Origin: Clostridia bacterium | GTDB taxonomy: Bacteria; Bacillota; Clostridia; Christensenellales; UBA1242 | Direction of reading: 5' to 3' | Assembly (NCBI GenBank): GCA_017473285.1 | Contig: JAFULP010000007.1 | Span: 1 to 29,935 of the forward strand | DNA: 29,935 nucleotides | Shown here: positions 1-9,808 of the stretch, piece after piece | How positions within the stretch are numbered: position 1 is the stretch's first letter | How the letters are laid out: every line of letters starts with the position of its first letter | The notes under the pieces: generated by a model | Seen by the model: the letters and a program-made list of their open reading frames with translations, nothing else | Told to the model about the DNA's origin: nothing | Databases searched by the model: none | Position numbers and translations under genes: made by a program

Positions 1-1
1 A

Positions 2-319
2 CAAAGCATTGAAAAGCGTAAAAGTGGTGCTGAAATGACTGATGCTGATATGGTGGCAATACTTCAAAAAACCATTAAGGAACTAACTGAAGAAGCTGAA
101 AACTATGCAAAAGTAAACAACATCGCTCAAGTGGAAGAAATTAATGCGCAAAAGGCAATTTTGGAAAAATATTTGCCTAAAATGATGAGCGAAGATGAAA
201 TTAAGGAAGTTATCAGCGGGCTAGAAGATAAGTCAATGCCAAGCATTATGAAACACTTTAAAGCAAACTATGCTGGCAAGGTAGATATGCAACTTGTAAA
301 CAAAATTGCAAGGGGTTAA
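2..319 (+). CDS. yqeY: GatB/YqeY domain protein, 5'-truncated by the window edge
   Basis: The frame is open from position 2 (QSIEKRKSGAE-MTDAD...). The LEKYLPKMMSEDEI and AGKVDM segments match the YqeY family. Confidence 0.8.
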   Translation, partial: QSIEKRKSGAEMTDADMVAILQKTIKELTEEAENYAKVNNIAQVEEINAQKAILEKYLPKMMSEDEIKEVISGLEDKSMPSIMKHFKANYAGKVDMQLVNKIARG

Positions 320-330
320 TAACTTAGTTG

Positions 331-353
331 ACTTTCTTTTCACAAAAGAAAGT
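331..353. terminator. Perfect 10-bp inverted repeat after yqeY, possible terminator
   Basis: actttctttt-cac-aaaagaaagt; the U-tail is weak. Confidence 0.45.
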
Positions 354-421
354 TACAAATAAACCAATATTAAAGCATTTTTATGAGATATTCATAGGGG
401 AATATAATTATAAGGAAGAAT

Positions 422-619
422 ATGAGACTATTTAAAAAGATTGGTGAGAGTTTAGCACTTAAAAAGGAAGAAAGATTAATTATAAGAGAAATGGCGCAAG
501 AACGACTTAATAAAAAGCGTGCGTTGGAACAAAAGCAAAAAGAATTTGACACAATGCTAGATATGCGTTTACCTTGCGAGAATATTATAGATTTAAAAAA
601 CAAAGTGAATACTTTTTAA
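422..619 (+). CDS. Hypothetical protein, 65 aa, charged and helical
   Basis: AAGGA Shine-Dalgarno (SD) before the ATG. The stop overlaps the next ATG (TAATG at 617-621). Confidence 0.6.
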   Translation: MRLFKKIGESLALKKEERLIIREMAQERLNKKRALEQKQKEFDTMLDMRLPCENIIDLKNKVNTF

Positions 620-1032
620 TGGATATGACTCCATTTTGTGCAATACTATTTCTGCAGAAAGGAATTCTACCAACAATAAAATTTAAGCAACTAACAGGAA
701 ATAACGCTGGAAAAGTTTATGAGTAAAGTAAATATTCTAATTTACTATATGGATCTCTTGATGCGATGGATAAAGGATATAGTGTTGGATTATTTAATCT
801 TTCTAAAAATAATAGAGTGAAACTATCAGTTGCTATAAACGGATATAGAAATGACCATATTGAGCAACATTTTGGAGAAGATACCAACCTTGAAAAAATA
901 TATGGAAAAACTATGACATTGCGTCAATTATTAATGAGATGGGAAACCGATATTAACATTGATGAAGATTTCGAAATGGTAAAGCGAGTGTATGATAGCG
1001 AAGATATTTTGGCTGAAGAATTAAGTAAATAA
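619..1032 (+). pseudogene. Hypothetical ~137-codon reading frame interrupted by one in-frame TAA (724-726)
   Basis: ATG 619 overlaps the upstream stop. ORF 619-726 and ORF 766-1032 share a frame with no other stop between them. ATG 766 has no SD. Confidence 0.5.
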
Positions 1033-1033
1033 T

Positions 1034-1555
1034 ATGCATAAAATTAATGATTTACAATTTTTTAAAAGTGATACAATTACACTTGCTAAAAATTTGATTG
1101 GCAAGTGGATTGTTACCAACATTGATGATGTAGAAGTTAAGGCACAGATTTGTGAAACTGAGGCTTATTTGGGTGTTAACGATAGTGCGTGCCATACCTA
1201 TAAGGGAAAACGAACTGAGCGGGTTGAACCTATGTGGCAAGGTGGCGGAACGATATATATTTACTTATGCTATGGTTTACATTATTTACTTAATATTGCA
1301 AGTTGTGATGTAGGGCAACCTGAGGCGGTGCTAATTCGTGGCGTGGTTGGTGCGCCGGGTCCAGCCAAAGCAACTAAACTGTTAAATATTAACAAAGATT
1401 TAAATGGACAAAGCATAGTAAATAATGCTAAAATTTGTATTATGGATGATGGTAAAAAGTATGAGTATTTAACCGCTACTCGTGTGGGAATTGATTATGC
1501 TTTACCAAAAGATAGAAATGCAAAATTAAGGTTTATTTTAAAAGAAACAAATTAA
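1034..1555 (+). CDS. mpg: DNA-3-methyladenine glycosylase (MPG family)
   Basis: Motifs ETEAYLG, ACH, YIYLCYGLHYLLNI, AVLIRG, GP and RVGI. Confidence 0.9.
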   Translation: MHKINDLQFFKSDTITLAKNLIGKWIVTNIDDVEVKAQICETEAYLGVNDSACHTYKGKRTERVEPMWQGGGTIYIYLCYGLHYLLNIASCDVGQPEAVLIRGVVGAPGPAKATKLLNINKDLNGQSIVNNAKICIMDDGKKYEYLTATRVGIDYALPKDRNAKLRFILKETN

Positions 1556-1615
1556 AAATAATCTTTTTACGCTAGATAAAGTGTTTAAAGTTTAAACATA
1601 TAAAGGAATAGAATA

Positions 1616-2059
1616 ATGAGAATAGTAATTCAAAGGGTTAAAAGCGCTAGATTGAAAGTAGATAACAAGTTAGTTAGCGAAATTGGTAAGGGCTACAATG
1701 TATTTGTGGGCGTAACTCGTGATGACACAATTGATAATGTTAAAAAGATTGCAAGGCGTATTGCAACGGTTAGACTATTTAAAGATGAAGATGGTAAACT
1801 TAACTATAATATCGCCCAAGTGGGTGGAGAGATATTGCTAGTATCTAACTTTACATTATGTGACAAAAAGGGCAGTGGCGGTGCAAGACCAGATTTTACT
1901 TTAAGTGCACCAAAAGATAAAGCGATTGAGTTATATCAAGCACTACAAACTGAACTGATTAATGAGTATGGATTAACGGTTAAAATGGGTCGTTTTGCCG
2001 AAACTATGCAAATATACACCCAACTAGATGGCCCAATTAATTTAGTGCAAGAGTATTAA
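1616..2059 (+). CDS. dtd: D-aminoacyl-tRNA deacylase
   Basis: MRIVIQRV N-terminus, SNFTL (variant of SQFTL), G-F and DGP motifs. Confidence 0.92.
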   Translation: MRIVIQRVKSARLKVDNKLVSEIGKGYNVFVGVTRDDTIDNVKKIARRIATVRLFKDEDGKLNYNIAQVGGEILLVSNFTLCDKKGSGGARPDFTLSAPKDKAIELYQALQTELINEYGLTVKMGRFAETMQIYTQLDGPINLVQEY

Positions 2060-2065
2060 TTTAAA

Positions 2066-2094
2066 TTTACTAAAAATCCCATTTATGATATAAT
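2066..2094 (+). promoter_or_regulatory. Sigma-A promoter for the small ORF and metG
   Basis: TTTACT-N17-TATAAT with extended -10 TG. Confidence 0.7.
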
Positions 2095-2113
2095 AATTTT
2101 AAGGAGAAATTAA

Positions 2114-2299
2114 ATGAGTAAAAATCAAACACCGAAATACGAAGTTGGTTTAATACAAAGATTATTAACCGCCTTAATTAAGGAAGATAAAATGCAAGGC
2201 AAGTCTAACGAAACTGTAAAAGGTGATTATTTAGAAAACGGACTTAAAGCATGTAAAAAATTTAATAAGGAACTTGATAGATCTACATTTGATAGATAA
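2114..2299 (+). CDS. Small hypothetical protein (61 aa) upstream of metG
   Basis: Strong AAGGAG SD, promoter directly upstream, 20-nt gap to metG. Confidence 0.6.
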   Translation: MSKNQTPKYEVGLIQRLLTALIKEDKMQGKSNETVKGDYLENGLKACKKFNKELDRSTFDR

Positions 2300-2319
2300 A
2301 AATTATAAGGAGAAAAATT

Positions 2320-4326
2320 ATGGAAAATAAAGAAAAATTTTATATTACAACAGCAATTGCTTATACTTCGGGTAAACCTCATATTGGAAATACATATGAG
2401 ATTATTTTGACCGACTCTATTGCGAGAGCAAAGCGAATGCAAGGATATGATGTTTTCTTTATGACAGGAACAGATGAACACGGCGAAAAAATTGAAATGA
2501 AGGCACAAGAAAAGGGTTTAACACCAAAAGCTTTTGTTGATAATGTGGCTGGAGATATAAAGCACCTTTGGGACTTTATGAATATTTCATACGATAAATT
2601 TATTAGAACTACTGATACTGAGCACGAAAAATGTGTGCAAAAAATCTTTAAAAAGTTCTATGAACAAGGCGATATTTATAAAGGTCATTACGAAGGATTA
2701 TATTGCACCCCTTGTGAAAGTTTTTGGACCGAAAGTCAATTAATAGACGGCAAGTGTCCAGACTGTGGCCGTGAAGTAAAACCTAGCAAGGAAGAAGCCT
2801 ATTTCTTTAAGATGAACAACTATGCTACAGGACTTTTAAAGCATATTATAACACATCCAGAGTTTATTACACCTGCTAGCAGAAGAAATGAAATGTTAAA
2901 TAATTTCTTGCTTGCGGATGAATTTGTGGGCAAAAGCGATGAAGAATTATTGACCGCTATTGAGCAGGGAACAATAAAAACTAAACTTCAAGATTTGTGC
3001 GTAAGCCGTAGCACATTTACCTGGGGAATTCCTGTTGAGTTTGACAGCAAACACGTAGTTTATGTTTGGTTAGATGCCTTAAATAACTATATTACTGGAA
3101 TTGGTTATGACACTGAAAATCCAAGTGAGCAGTACAAAAAGTTGTGGCCGGCAAATGTTCACGTTGTGGGTAAGGATATTATTCGTTTCCACACTATTTA
3201 TTGGCCAATATTCTTGATGGCTTTGGGCGAAGAATTGCCACAAAAAGTGCTTGTTCACCCTTGGCTACTACAAGGTGGCGAAAAGATGAGCAAATCAAAG
3301 GGAAATGTGTTATATTTTGATGATTTAGCATCAATCTTTGGTGTGGATAGTGTTAGATATTATGTGCTTCGTGAAATGCCATTTGTATCAGACGGCACAA
3401 TTACTTGGGAAATGTTGACAGAGAGAAATAATGCGGATTTGAGTAATGTTCTTGGCAACCTTGTAAGACGCACATTAAGTATGAGTAATCAATATTTTGG
3501 TGGAAAGGTTAGAAATTATAATGTTGCTGATATAATGGATGAAGACCTTAAAGCGATTGTTGTAGGTGCAAAAGCTAAAGTGTTTGCAAAAATTAATGAA
3601 TATAAGATTGCTGACGCTTTGGAAGAATTGTGGACAGTGTTTAGACGTGCAAATAAATATATTGACGAAACTGAACCTTGGAACTTAAATAAAGATGAAA
3701 CCAAGCGTGAAAGACTTTCAACAGTGTTATTTAACTTGCTTGAAGCAATTAATATTGGCGCAAATTTACTTGCTCCATTTATGCCAGAAACTGCAAATAA
3801 AATCTTTAATGAATTGGGTGTTACTGCCCGTGATTGTGATGAATTAGGCAACTTTGGGGCAACTGAAGAATTTAATGTAACCAACAATCCACAAATACTA
3901 TTTAATCGTATTAAATTTGAAGATATTAAACCAACTATTGATGAAATTGTGGCTAAGCAAAAGGCTGAAAATGCACCAGTAATTGAGTTTAAGGAAGCCG
4001 AACCTATCACTATTGATGATTTTGCTAAAGTGCAAATGAAAATAGGTGTAGTGTTGGCGTGTGAAGCAGTGCCAAAATCAAAACTTCTTCACTCTACTGT
4101 AAGGGTTGGCAATAAAACACTTTCAATTTTAAGCGGTATTGCAAAAGCGTATACCCCAGAACAAATGGTGGGTAAAAAAGTGGTAGTTGTAACCAATCTT
4201 CCACCAAGAGAAATGAAAGGATATCTAAGCGAAGGTATGATAGTGTGTGCTGAAGATGAAATTGGCAATATCTCATTATTAAGCCCAGAAAAAGATATTA
4301 TCGCTGATGGAAGCGAATGTTGTTAA
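2320..4326 (+). CDS. metG: Methionine--tRNA ligase with C-terminal tRNA-binding domain
   Basis: HIGN and KMSKS motifs, Zn knuckle CTPC...CPDC, YVWLDAL, VGKDI, C-terminal EMAP/Trbp-like domain; AAGGAG SD. Confidence 0.97.
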   Translation: MENKEKFYITTAIAYTSGKPHIGNTYEIILTDSIARAKRMQGYDVFFMTGTDEHGEKIEMKAQEKGLTPKAFVDNVAGDIKHLWDFMNISYDKFIRTTDTEHEKCVQKIFKKFYEQGDIYKGHYEGLYCTPCESFWTESQLIDGKCPDCGREVKPSKEEAYFFKMNNYATGLLKHIITHPEFITPASRRNEMLNNFLLADEFVGKSDEELLTAIEQGTIKTKLQDLCVSRSTFTWGIPVEFDSKHVVYVWLDALNNYITGIGYDTENPSEQYKKLWPANVHVVGKDIIRFHTIYWPIFLMALGEELPQKVLVHPWLLQGGEKMSKSKGNVLYFDDLASIFGVDSVRYYVLREMPFVSDGTITWEMLTERNNADLSNVLGNLVRRTLSMSNQYFGGKVRNYNVADIMDEDLKAIVVGAKAKVFAKINEYKIADALEELWTVFRRANKYIDETEPWNLNKDETKRERLSTVLFNLLEAINIGANLLAPFMPETANKIFNELGVTARDCDELGNFGATEEFNVTNNPQILFNRIKFEDIKPTIDEIVAKQKAENAPVIEFKEAEPITIDDFAKVQMKIGVVLACEAVPKSKLLHSTVRVGNKTLSILSGIAKAYTPEQMVGKKVVVVTNLPPREMKGYLSEGMIVCAEDEIGNISLLSPEKDIIADGSECC

Positions 4327-4337
4327 TAAAAAATAAT

Positions 4338-4373
4338 TTATCCACAAGTTGTACTCAATTTGTGGATTTTTTT
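4338..4373 (+). terminator. metG intrinsic terminator containing a perfect DnaA box (4338-4346)
   Basis: Stem atccacaa (4340-4347) / ttgtggat (4360-4367) followed by a T-run; TTATCCACA overlaps the left arm. Confidence 0.7.
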
Positions 4374-4554
4374 GTACATTTTTTATAAACTTTTTGGCGC
4401 AAAATACTTTTATTATATTAATAAATATGCTATAATATATTATATATAATAGGCAGATAGACTAAATATCTAATTTCAAGCAAATAATACCTATAAGGTT
4501 TTAAATTAGATTAAATTGCAAAGGTGATTTGTCTTATATGTTTAGGAGTGAATT

Positions 4555-6510
4555 ATGGCAGATGAATTAACTAAAGTTACACAGTATGATGAAAGTAATA
4601 TTCAAGTACTTGAAGGGCTTGAGCCAGTGCGTAAGCGCCCTGGTATGTATATTGGCTCTACCGATGAGCGTGGATTACACCATTTGGTAACTGAAATTGT
4701 AGATAATAGTATTGACGAAGCATTGGCTGGCTACTGTACTGAAATTAGCGTTACAATATTAAAAGACGGCTCAGTGCAAGTTATGGATAATGGGCGTGGT
4801 ATACCTACAGGTATTCACCCAAAGGAAGGGGTTAGTGCGGCAGAACTGGTACTTACCAAATTGCACGCTGGTGGTAAATTTGGCGGTGGCGGATATAAGA
4901 TATCGGGCGGATTGCACGGCGTAGGTTTATCGGTTGTTAACGCATTGTCTAGCACATTGCTTGTAGACATCTTCCAAAAGGGCGAACATTATCATCAAGA
5001 ATATCACCGTGGCGTGCCAACTGGTAGGCTTGAAGTTGTGGGCAAGATTGACAAGACTGGTACTTGCGTAACATTTACACCAGATGAGCAAATATTTGAC
5101 ACCACAATATTCAACTACGACACATTAAAGGTGCGTTTGCGTGAACTTGCATTCCTAAACAAAGGTTTGGTTATCAAAATTGAAGACCAGCGTGAAGGTC
5201 AAGAGCAACACAATGATTTTGTGTTTGAAGGCGGTATTAACGAATTTGTGCAAGAATTGACCGCTAGTAAGGAATGTGTGTTTGATAAGCCAATTTATGT
5301 AGATAAGATATATTCATACAAGCTCAAGAACGAAAATGGTGAAATGGTGCCAGCACAATGCGAAATTGAAGTAAGTTTCCAATATATTGACACATATAGC
5401 GAAAATATTCATACCTATGCTAACAATATCCGTACCGAAGAAGGTGGAAAGCACTTGGAAGGTTTTAAAAATGCTATTGCCAAAATCATCAATGATTATG
5501 CTATCAACAACCGTATGATTAAAGACACTCAAAAGATGAGTGGCGAAGATACTCGTGAAGGTTTGGTGGCGGTAGTGAGCGTAAAGGTGGAAGAACCACA
5601 ATTTGAAGGTCAAACCAAAACCAAACTAGGCAATGATGAAATTAGAACTTATACCACAAAGGCGGTAACTGAAGCGTTTGATATATATCTTGAAGAGCAT
5701 CCAAGACACGCCAAGGAATTAATCAATAAATGCTTGTTAAGCCAAAAGGCCCGTGAAGCGGCTAGAAACGCCCGTGAAGCCACAAGACGCAAGTCGGTGC
5801 TTGAAAGTACAGCCCTACCTGGTAAACTTGCCGATTGTAGCGAAAAAGACCCAAGCGTGTGCGAAATATTTATAGTCGAAGGCGACTCGGCGGGTGGAAG
5901 CGCTAAGCAAGGTCGTGATAGACGCTTCCAAGCAATTTTGCCATTAAGAGGTAAAATATTAAACGTTGAAAAAGTGCGTGAAGCCAAGGCGCTTGAAAAT
6001 GCCGAAATTCAAAGTATGATTACTGCATTTGGTTGTGGTATTGGTGCTGAGTGCGATTTGTCAAAGTTAAGATATGATAAAATCGTGTGTATGACCGATG
6101 CCGATGTGGACGGTGCACATATTAGAATATTGTTATTAACTTTCTTGTTTAGATTTATGCGTCCATTGGTGGAACAAGGTCATGTATACATTGCTCAACC
6201 ACCACTATACAAGGTGCAAAGAGGCAAGAAGGAAACTTATTGCTATAGCGACGATGAATTAAATCGAGATTTGGAACTAAACGGAAGCAAAGGTGCTGAA
6301 GTGCAAAGATACAAAGGTTTAGGTGAAATGGACCCAGAACAATTGTGGGACACTACTATGGACCCAGAACATAGAACTTTACTTCAAGTTAAGATTGATG
6401 ATGCAATACAAGCCAACGAAATTTTTGATATGTTGATGGGTGACCGCCCTGAATTAAGGCGTGAATTTATTGACCAAAATGCCGAACTTGTGAAAAATCT
6501 TGATATATAA
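4555..6510 (+). CDS. gyrB: DNA gyrase subunit B
   Basis: GHKL ATPase motifs (VRKRPGMYIG, DNSIDE, DNGRGIP, LHAGGKF), EGDSAGGSA, TDADVDG, RYKGLGEM. Confidence 0.97.
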   Translation: MADELTKVTQYDESNIQVLEGLEPVRKRPGMYIGSTDERGLHHLVTEIVDNSIDEALAGYCTEISVTILKDGSVQVMDNGRGIPTGIHPKEGVSAAELVLTKLHAGGKFGGGGYKISGGLHGVGLSVVNALSSTLLVDIFQKGEHYHQEYHRGVPTGRLEVVGKIDKTGTCVTFTPDEQIFDTTIFNYDTLKVRLRELAFLNKGLVIKIEDQREGQEQHNDFVFEGGINEFVQELTASKECVFDKPIYVDKIYSYKLKNENGEMVPAQCEIEVSFQYIDTYSENIHTYANNIRTEEGGKHLEGFKNAIAKIINDYAINNRMIKDTQKMSGEDTREGLVAVVSVKVEEPQFEGQTKTKLGNDEIRTYTTKAVTEAFDIYLEEHPRHAKELINKCLLSQKAREAARNAREATRRKSVLESTALPGKLADCSEKDPSVCEIFIVEGDSAGGSAKQGRDRRFQAILPLRGKILNVEKVREAKALENAEIQSMITAFGCGIGAECDLSKLRYDKIVCMTDADVDGAHIRILLLTFLFRFMRPLVEQGHVYIAQPPLYKVQRGKKETYCYSDDELNRDLELNGSKGAEVQRYKGLGEMDPEQLWDTTMDPEHRTLLQVKIDDAIQANEIFDMLMGDRPELRREFIDQNAELVKNLDI

Positions 6511-6520
6511 GGAATAAATT

Positions 6521-9010
6521 ATGAAAAAGAATGAAGTATTTGAAAAAATAGACAATACAAGATATTTTGAAAGAAATCTTGAACACGAAATGAAAGAGTC
6601 GTTTATGGGCTATGCAATGGCGGTAAATGTATCTCGTGCTATTCCAGATGTGCGTGACGGTATGAAGCCTGTTCATAGGCGTATTTTGTATGCTATGAGT
6701 GAAGAAGGATTGTGGAGTGACAAACCTTTTAGAAAATGTGCAAAGATTGTCGGTGATGTGCTAGGTAGATATCACCCTCACGGCGACAGTTCGGTGTATG
6801 ATGCATTAACTCGTTTGGCTCAAAACTTTTCAATTAACGAGATATTGGTAGATGGTCACGGTAACTTTGGTTCGGTGGACGGCGATAAGCCAGCGGCATA
6901 TCGTTATACCGAAGCTAGACTTAGCAAAATTTCAAATGAATTATTGCGTGATATTGATAAGGATACAGTAGATTTTTATCCAAACTTTGATAATACTCGT
7001 ATGCAACCAGTGGTGTTGCCTAGCCGTTTTCCAAACTTGTTGGTAAATGGTAGTGACGGTATTGCGGTAGGTATGGCAACCAATATCCCACCACACAATC
7101 TAGGCGAAGTGATTGATGGTGTGGTTGCACTTATTGACAATCCTGAAATTACTGTTGACGAACTTATGCAAATAATCCCTGCACCTGACTTCCCAACTGG
7201 TGGTCAAGTGCTAGGTCAAAATGCAATTCGTGAAGCGTATCGTACTGGTAAGGGTGGAATTATCATCCGTTCAAAAGCCGAAATTGAAACTTATGGTGAC
7301 GGCAAGCGTTATCGTATTGTGGTAAACGAAATACCTTACCAAGTAAACAAAGCAAAACTTATTATGCAAATTGCTGACCTTGTTAAAGATAAGCGTATTG
7401 AAGGCATTAGTGATATTCGTGATGAATCGGATAAGGACGGGCTTAGAATTGTTATTGAAGTTAAAAAGGACGCAAATGCACAAATTGTGTTAAATCAACT
7501 TTACAAGATGTCACAACTTCAAGTATCAAATGGTATTATATTGCTTTGCTTGTCACACAATAAGCCACAACTACTAAACCTAAAGCAAATTTTGGAAGAA
7601 TATCTTGAATTCCAAAAGGAAGTAATTACAAGGCGTACAACTCACGACCTTGAAAAAGCAAAAGAGCGTGAGCATATTATTGAAGGCTTGGTAATTGCAG
7701 TTAGAAATATTGATGAAGTTATTAGCATTATCAAAAAGTCAAAAGACAAAGTCGATGCAATGCAAAAATTGCAAGATAAGTTTGAATTAAGCGAAAAGCA
7801 ATCAAATGCAATCTTGGAAATGAAGTTGTCAAGACTTACTGGTTTGGAAGTGGAAAAACTTAATGCTGAACTAGAAGAACTTTGTGCAATTATCAAGGAA
7901 CTTAGCGACATACTTGCTTCACCTGTGCGCATTGCTAATATTATTCGTGAAGAAATATTGCAAATTAAGGACAAGTATGCTAGCCCTAGAAAGAGCGAAG
8001 TAAGCCTTGATTATGACGATATTGATATTGGTGACTTGATTGCTCGTCACGAAGTAATCATTTCACTTACTGAAGAAGGATATATTAAGCGCTTGCCTGC
8101 AAATGAGTACAAGTCACAACATCGTGGCGGTAAAGGTGTGGTAGGGCACAAGGCAAAGGACGAAGATGTGATTGTGGATATGATTAGTTGTAACAGCCAC
8201 GACGATCTGATGTTCTTTACTAATGTGGGTAAAGTGTATGGGCTAAAAGCATACACAATCCCAGAAGCAACCAAAACATCTAAGGGTAGAGCAATTATTA
8301 ACTTGTTGCCACTTCAAACGGATGAAAAAATTACTGCTATTGTAAATAACGCTAAGGATAAGCAATCATTATTTATGGCAACACAGCAAGGCTACATCAA
8401 AAAGACTGCTATGAAGGAATTTGAGTTGTTGCGTAAAAATGGTAAAATTGCTATTAAATTAATGGAAGATGACCAATTAGTAAGCGTGCAAGCAACTACT
8501 GGCGATGACGAATTATTGATTGCATCAAACAATGGCAGATGTGTACGATTTAAGGAAACTGATGTTAGAAATTTAGGCAGAAGTTCTCGTGGTGTTAAGG
8601 GTATGAAGATTGACAAGGATGAAAAGATTATTGATATGATAGTTTTAAATCCTGATAAAGATATCCTAACTGTTACTGAACTAGGTTATGCAAAACGCAC
8701 AAAGATTGAGGATTATAGATTGCAATCTCGCAGAGGTAAAGGAACAAAGGCTGGAAGATTTAATGAAAAGACTGGTGACATTGTAGCAATTAAACCAATT
8801 GATGAAAATCAAGATATAATTGCAATTACTTCAAACGGTATTGTTATTCGTACTCATGCTGACCAAATTAATGAAGTTGGTCGTACTGCATTGGGTGTAA
8901 AACTTATGAATACATCGGGTTGCAAGATTGTTGGTGTGTCAGTGGTTGAACGTCAAGAAGAAGAGCTGGCAGATGAAGATACAACCGAACAAGAAAGTAC
9001 TAACGAATAG
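6521..9010 (+). CDS. gyrA: DNA gyrase subunit A
   Basis: [25 protein letters not shown]; the GyrA-box QHRGGKG distinguishes it from ParC. Confidence 0.97.
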   Translation: MKKNEVFEKIDNTRYFERNLEHEMKESFMGYAMAVNVSRAIPDVRDGMKPVHRRILYAMSEEGLWSDKPFRKCAKIVGDVLGRYHPHGDSSVYDALTRLAQNFSINEILVDGHGNFGSVDGDKPAAYRYTEARLSKISNELLRDIDKDTVDFYPNFDNTRMQPVVLPSRFPNLLVNGSDGIAVGMATNIPPHNLGEVIDGVVALIDNPEITVDELMQIIPAPDFPTGGQVLGQNAIREAYRTGKGGIIIRSKAEIETYGDGKRYRIVVNEIPYQVNKAKLIMQIADLVKDKRIEGISDIRDESDKDGLRIVIEVKKDANAQIVLNQLYKMSQLQVSNGIILLCLSHNKPQLLNLKQILEEYLEFQKEVITRRTTHDLEKAKEREHIIEGLVIAVRNIDEVISIIKKSKDKVDAMQKLQDKFELSEKQSNAILEMKLSRLTGLEVEKLNAELEELCAIIKELSDILASPVRIANIIREEILQIKDKYASPRKSEVSLDYDDIDIGDLIARHEVIISLTEEGYIKRLPANEYKSQHRGGKGVVGHKAKDEDVIVDMISCNSHDDLMFFTNVGKVYGLKAYTIPEATKTSKGRAIINLLPLQTDEKITAIVNNAKDKQSLFMATQQGYIKKTAMKEFELLRKNGKIAIKLMEDDQLVSVQATTGDDELLIASNNGRCVRFKETDVRNLGRSSRGVKGMKIDKDEKIIDMIVLNPDKDILTVTELGYAKRTKIEDYRLQSRRGKGTKAGRFNEKTGDIVAIKPIDENQDIIAITSNGIVIRTHADQINEVGRTALGVKLMNTSGCKIVGVSVVERQEEELADEDTTEQESTNE

Positions 9011-9021
9011 TAGGCTAGCAT

Positions 9022-9777
9022 ATGGAAGAAAATAAGAAGCACCCGCACTCCGGGCATAGGCAAAGATTTAAAAATAAGGCTTTTGATGGTGGCATCGAAT
9101 ATTGGCCACAACATGAAGTAATGGAATTGATTTTGATGTATGCAATTCCTCAAAAAGATGTAAATCCTTTGGCACACGATTTAATTAATCGCTTTGGTTC
9201 AATAGCCAATGTTTTGGATGCTGGTTATGAACAGTTGAGGGATGTGAAAGGTGTTGGGCACGAAGTTGCATTATATTTAACATTGTTGCCCGAAATATTT
9301 GATAGATATTTGGCATCTAAAGATACAGATAGCGTAGTATTAAACACGCCTGCAGATTGCGTTAATCATTTTAGACATATTAACAGAGTGAGAGAGGTTG
9401 AAGAATTTTATATATTCTGTTTAGATATCAAGAAAAGATTAATAAAAACTGTTAAAATGGATGGTGGCTTGTCGGCGTCAATTAGCATTTCGCTTTCATC
9501 ATTTGCAAAAGAAATTGCATTTGACGCTTGCAAATCCATAATTATAATGCACACTCATCCGGGCGGAGACCCACAACCAACACAATCCGACATTAATTCA
9601 ACCAGAAGATTAATGCATTCTGCTATGTCAGTAGGAGTAAGACTTGAGGACCATGTTATAGTATCGGATAAATCATATTACTCATTTTTGAAAAATGATA
9701 TAATTGATGATATGTTTAATCAAGTTAGCGCTCTCTTTAATCAAAGGATACACATAGGGGACAAAATAGATGAATAA
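9022..9777 (+). CDS. radC: RadC family protein (JAB/MPN domain)
   Basis: GHRQRF N-terminus, HhH segment (LRDVKGVG), HTHPGGDPQPTQSD and DHVIV. Confidence 0.88.
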   Translation: MEENKKHPHSGHRQRFKNKAFDGGIEYWPQHEVMELILMYAIPQKDVNPLAHDLINRFGSIANVLDAGYEQLRDVKGVGHEVALYLTLLPEIFDRYLASKDTDSVVLNTPADCVNHFRHINRVREVEEFYIFCLDIKKRLIKTVKMDGGLSASISISLSSFAKEIAFDACKSIIIMHTHPGGDPQPTQSDINSTRRLMHSAMSVGVRLEDHVIVSDKSYYSFLKNDIIDDMFNQVSALFNQRIHIGDKIDE

Positions 9778-9805
9778 AAAAATCACGGTAAATCCGTGAT
9801 TTTTT
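9776..9805. terminator. Bidirectional intrinsic terminator
   Basis: aaaaaatcacgg-taaat-ccgtgatttttt between convergent genes. Confidence 0.85.
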
Positions 9806-9808
9806 CTA

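Noticed and set aside
4555-9010. Topoisomerase IV (parE/parC)
   Set aside because: The intact GyrA-box QHRGGKG supports gyrase.
9022-9777. radC as a marker of a mobile element
   Set aside because: It is the long chromosomal form with an HhH region, 11 nt after gyrA, with no integrase or other mobile genes.
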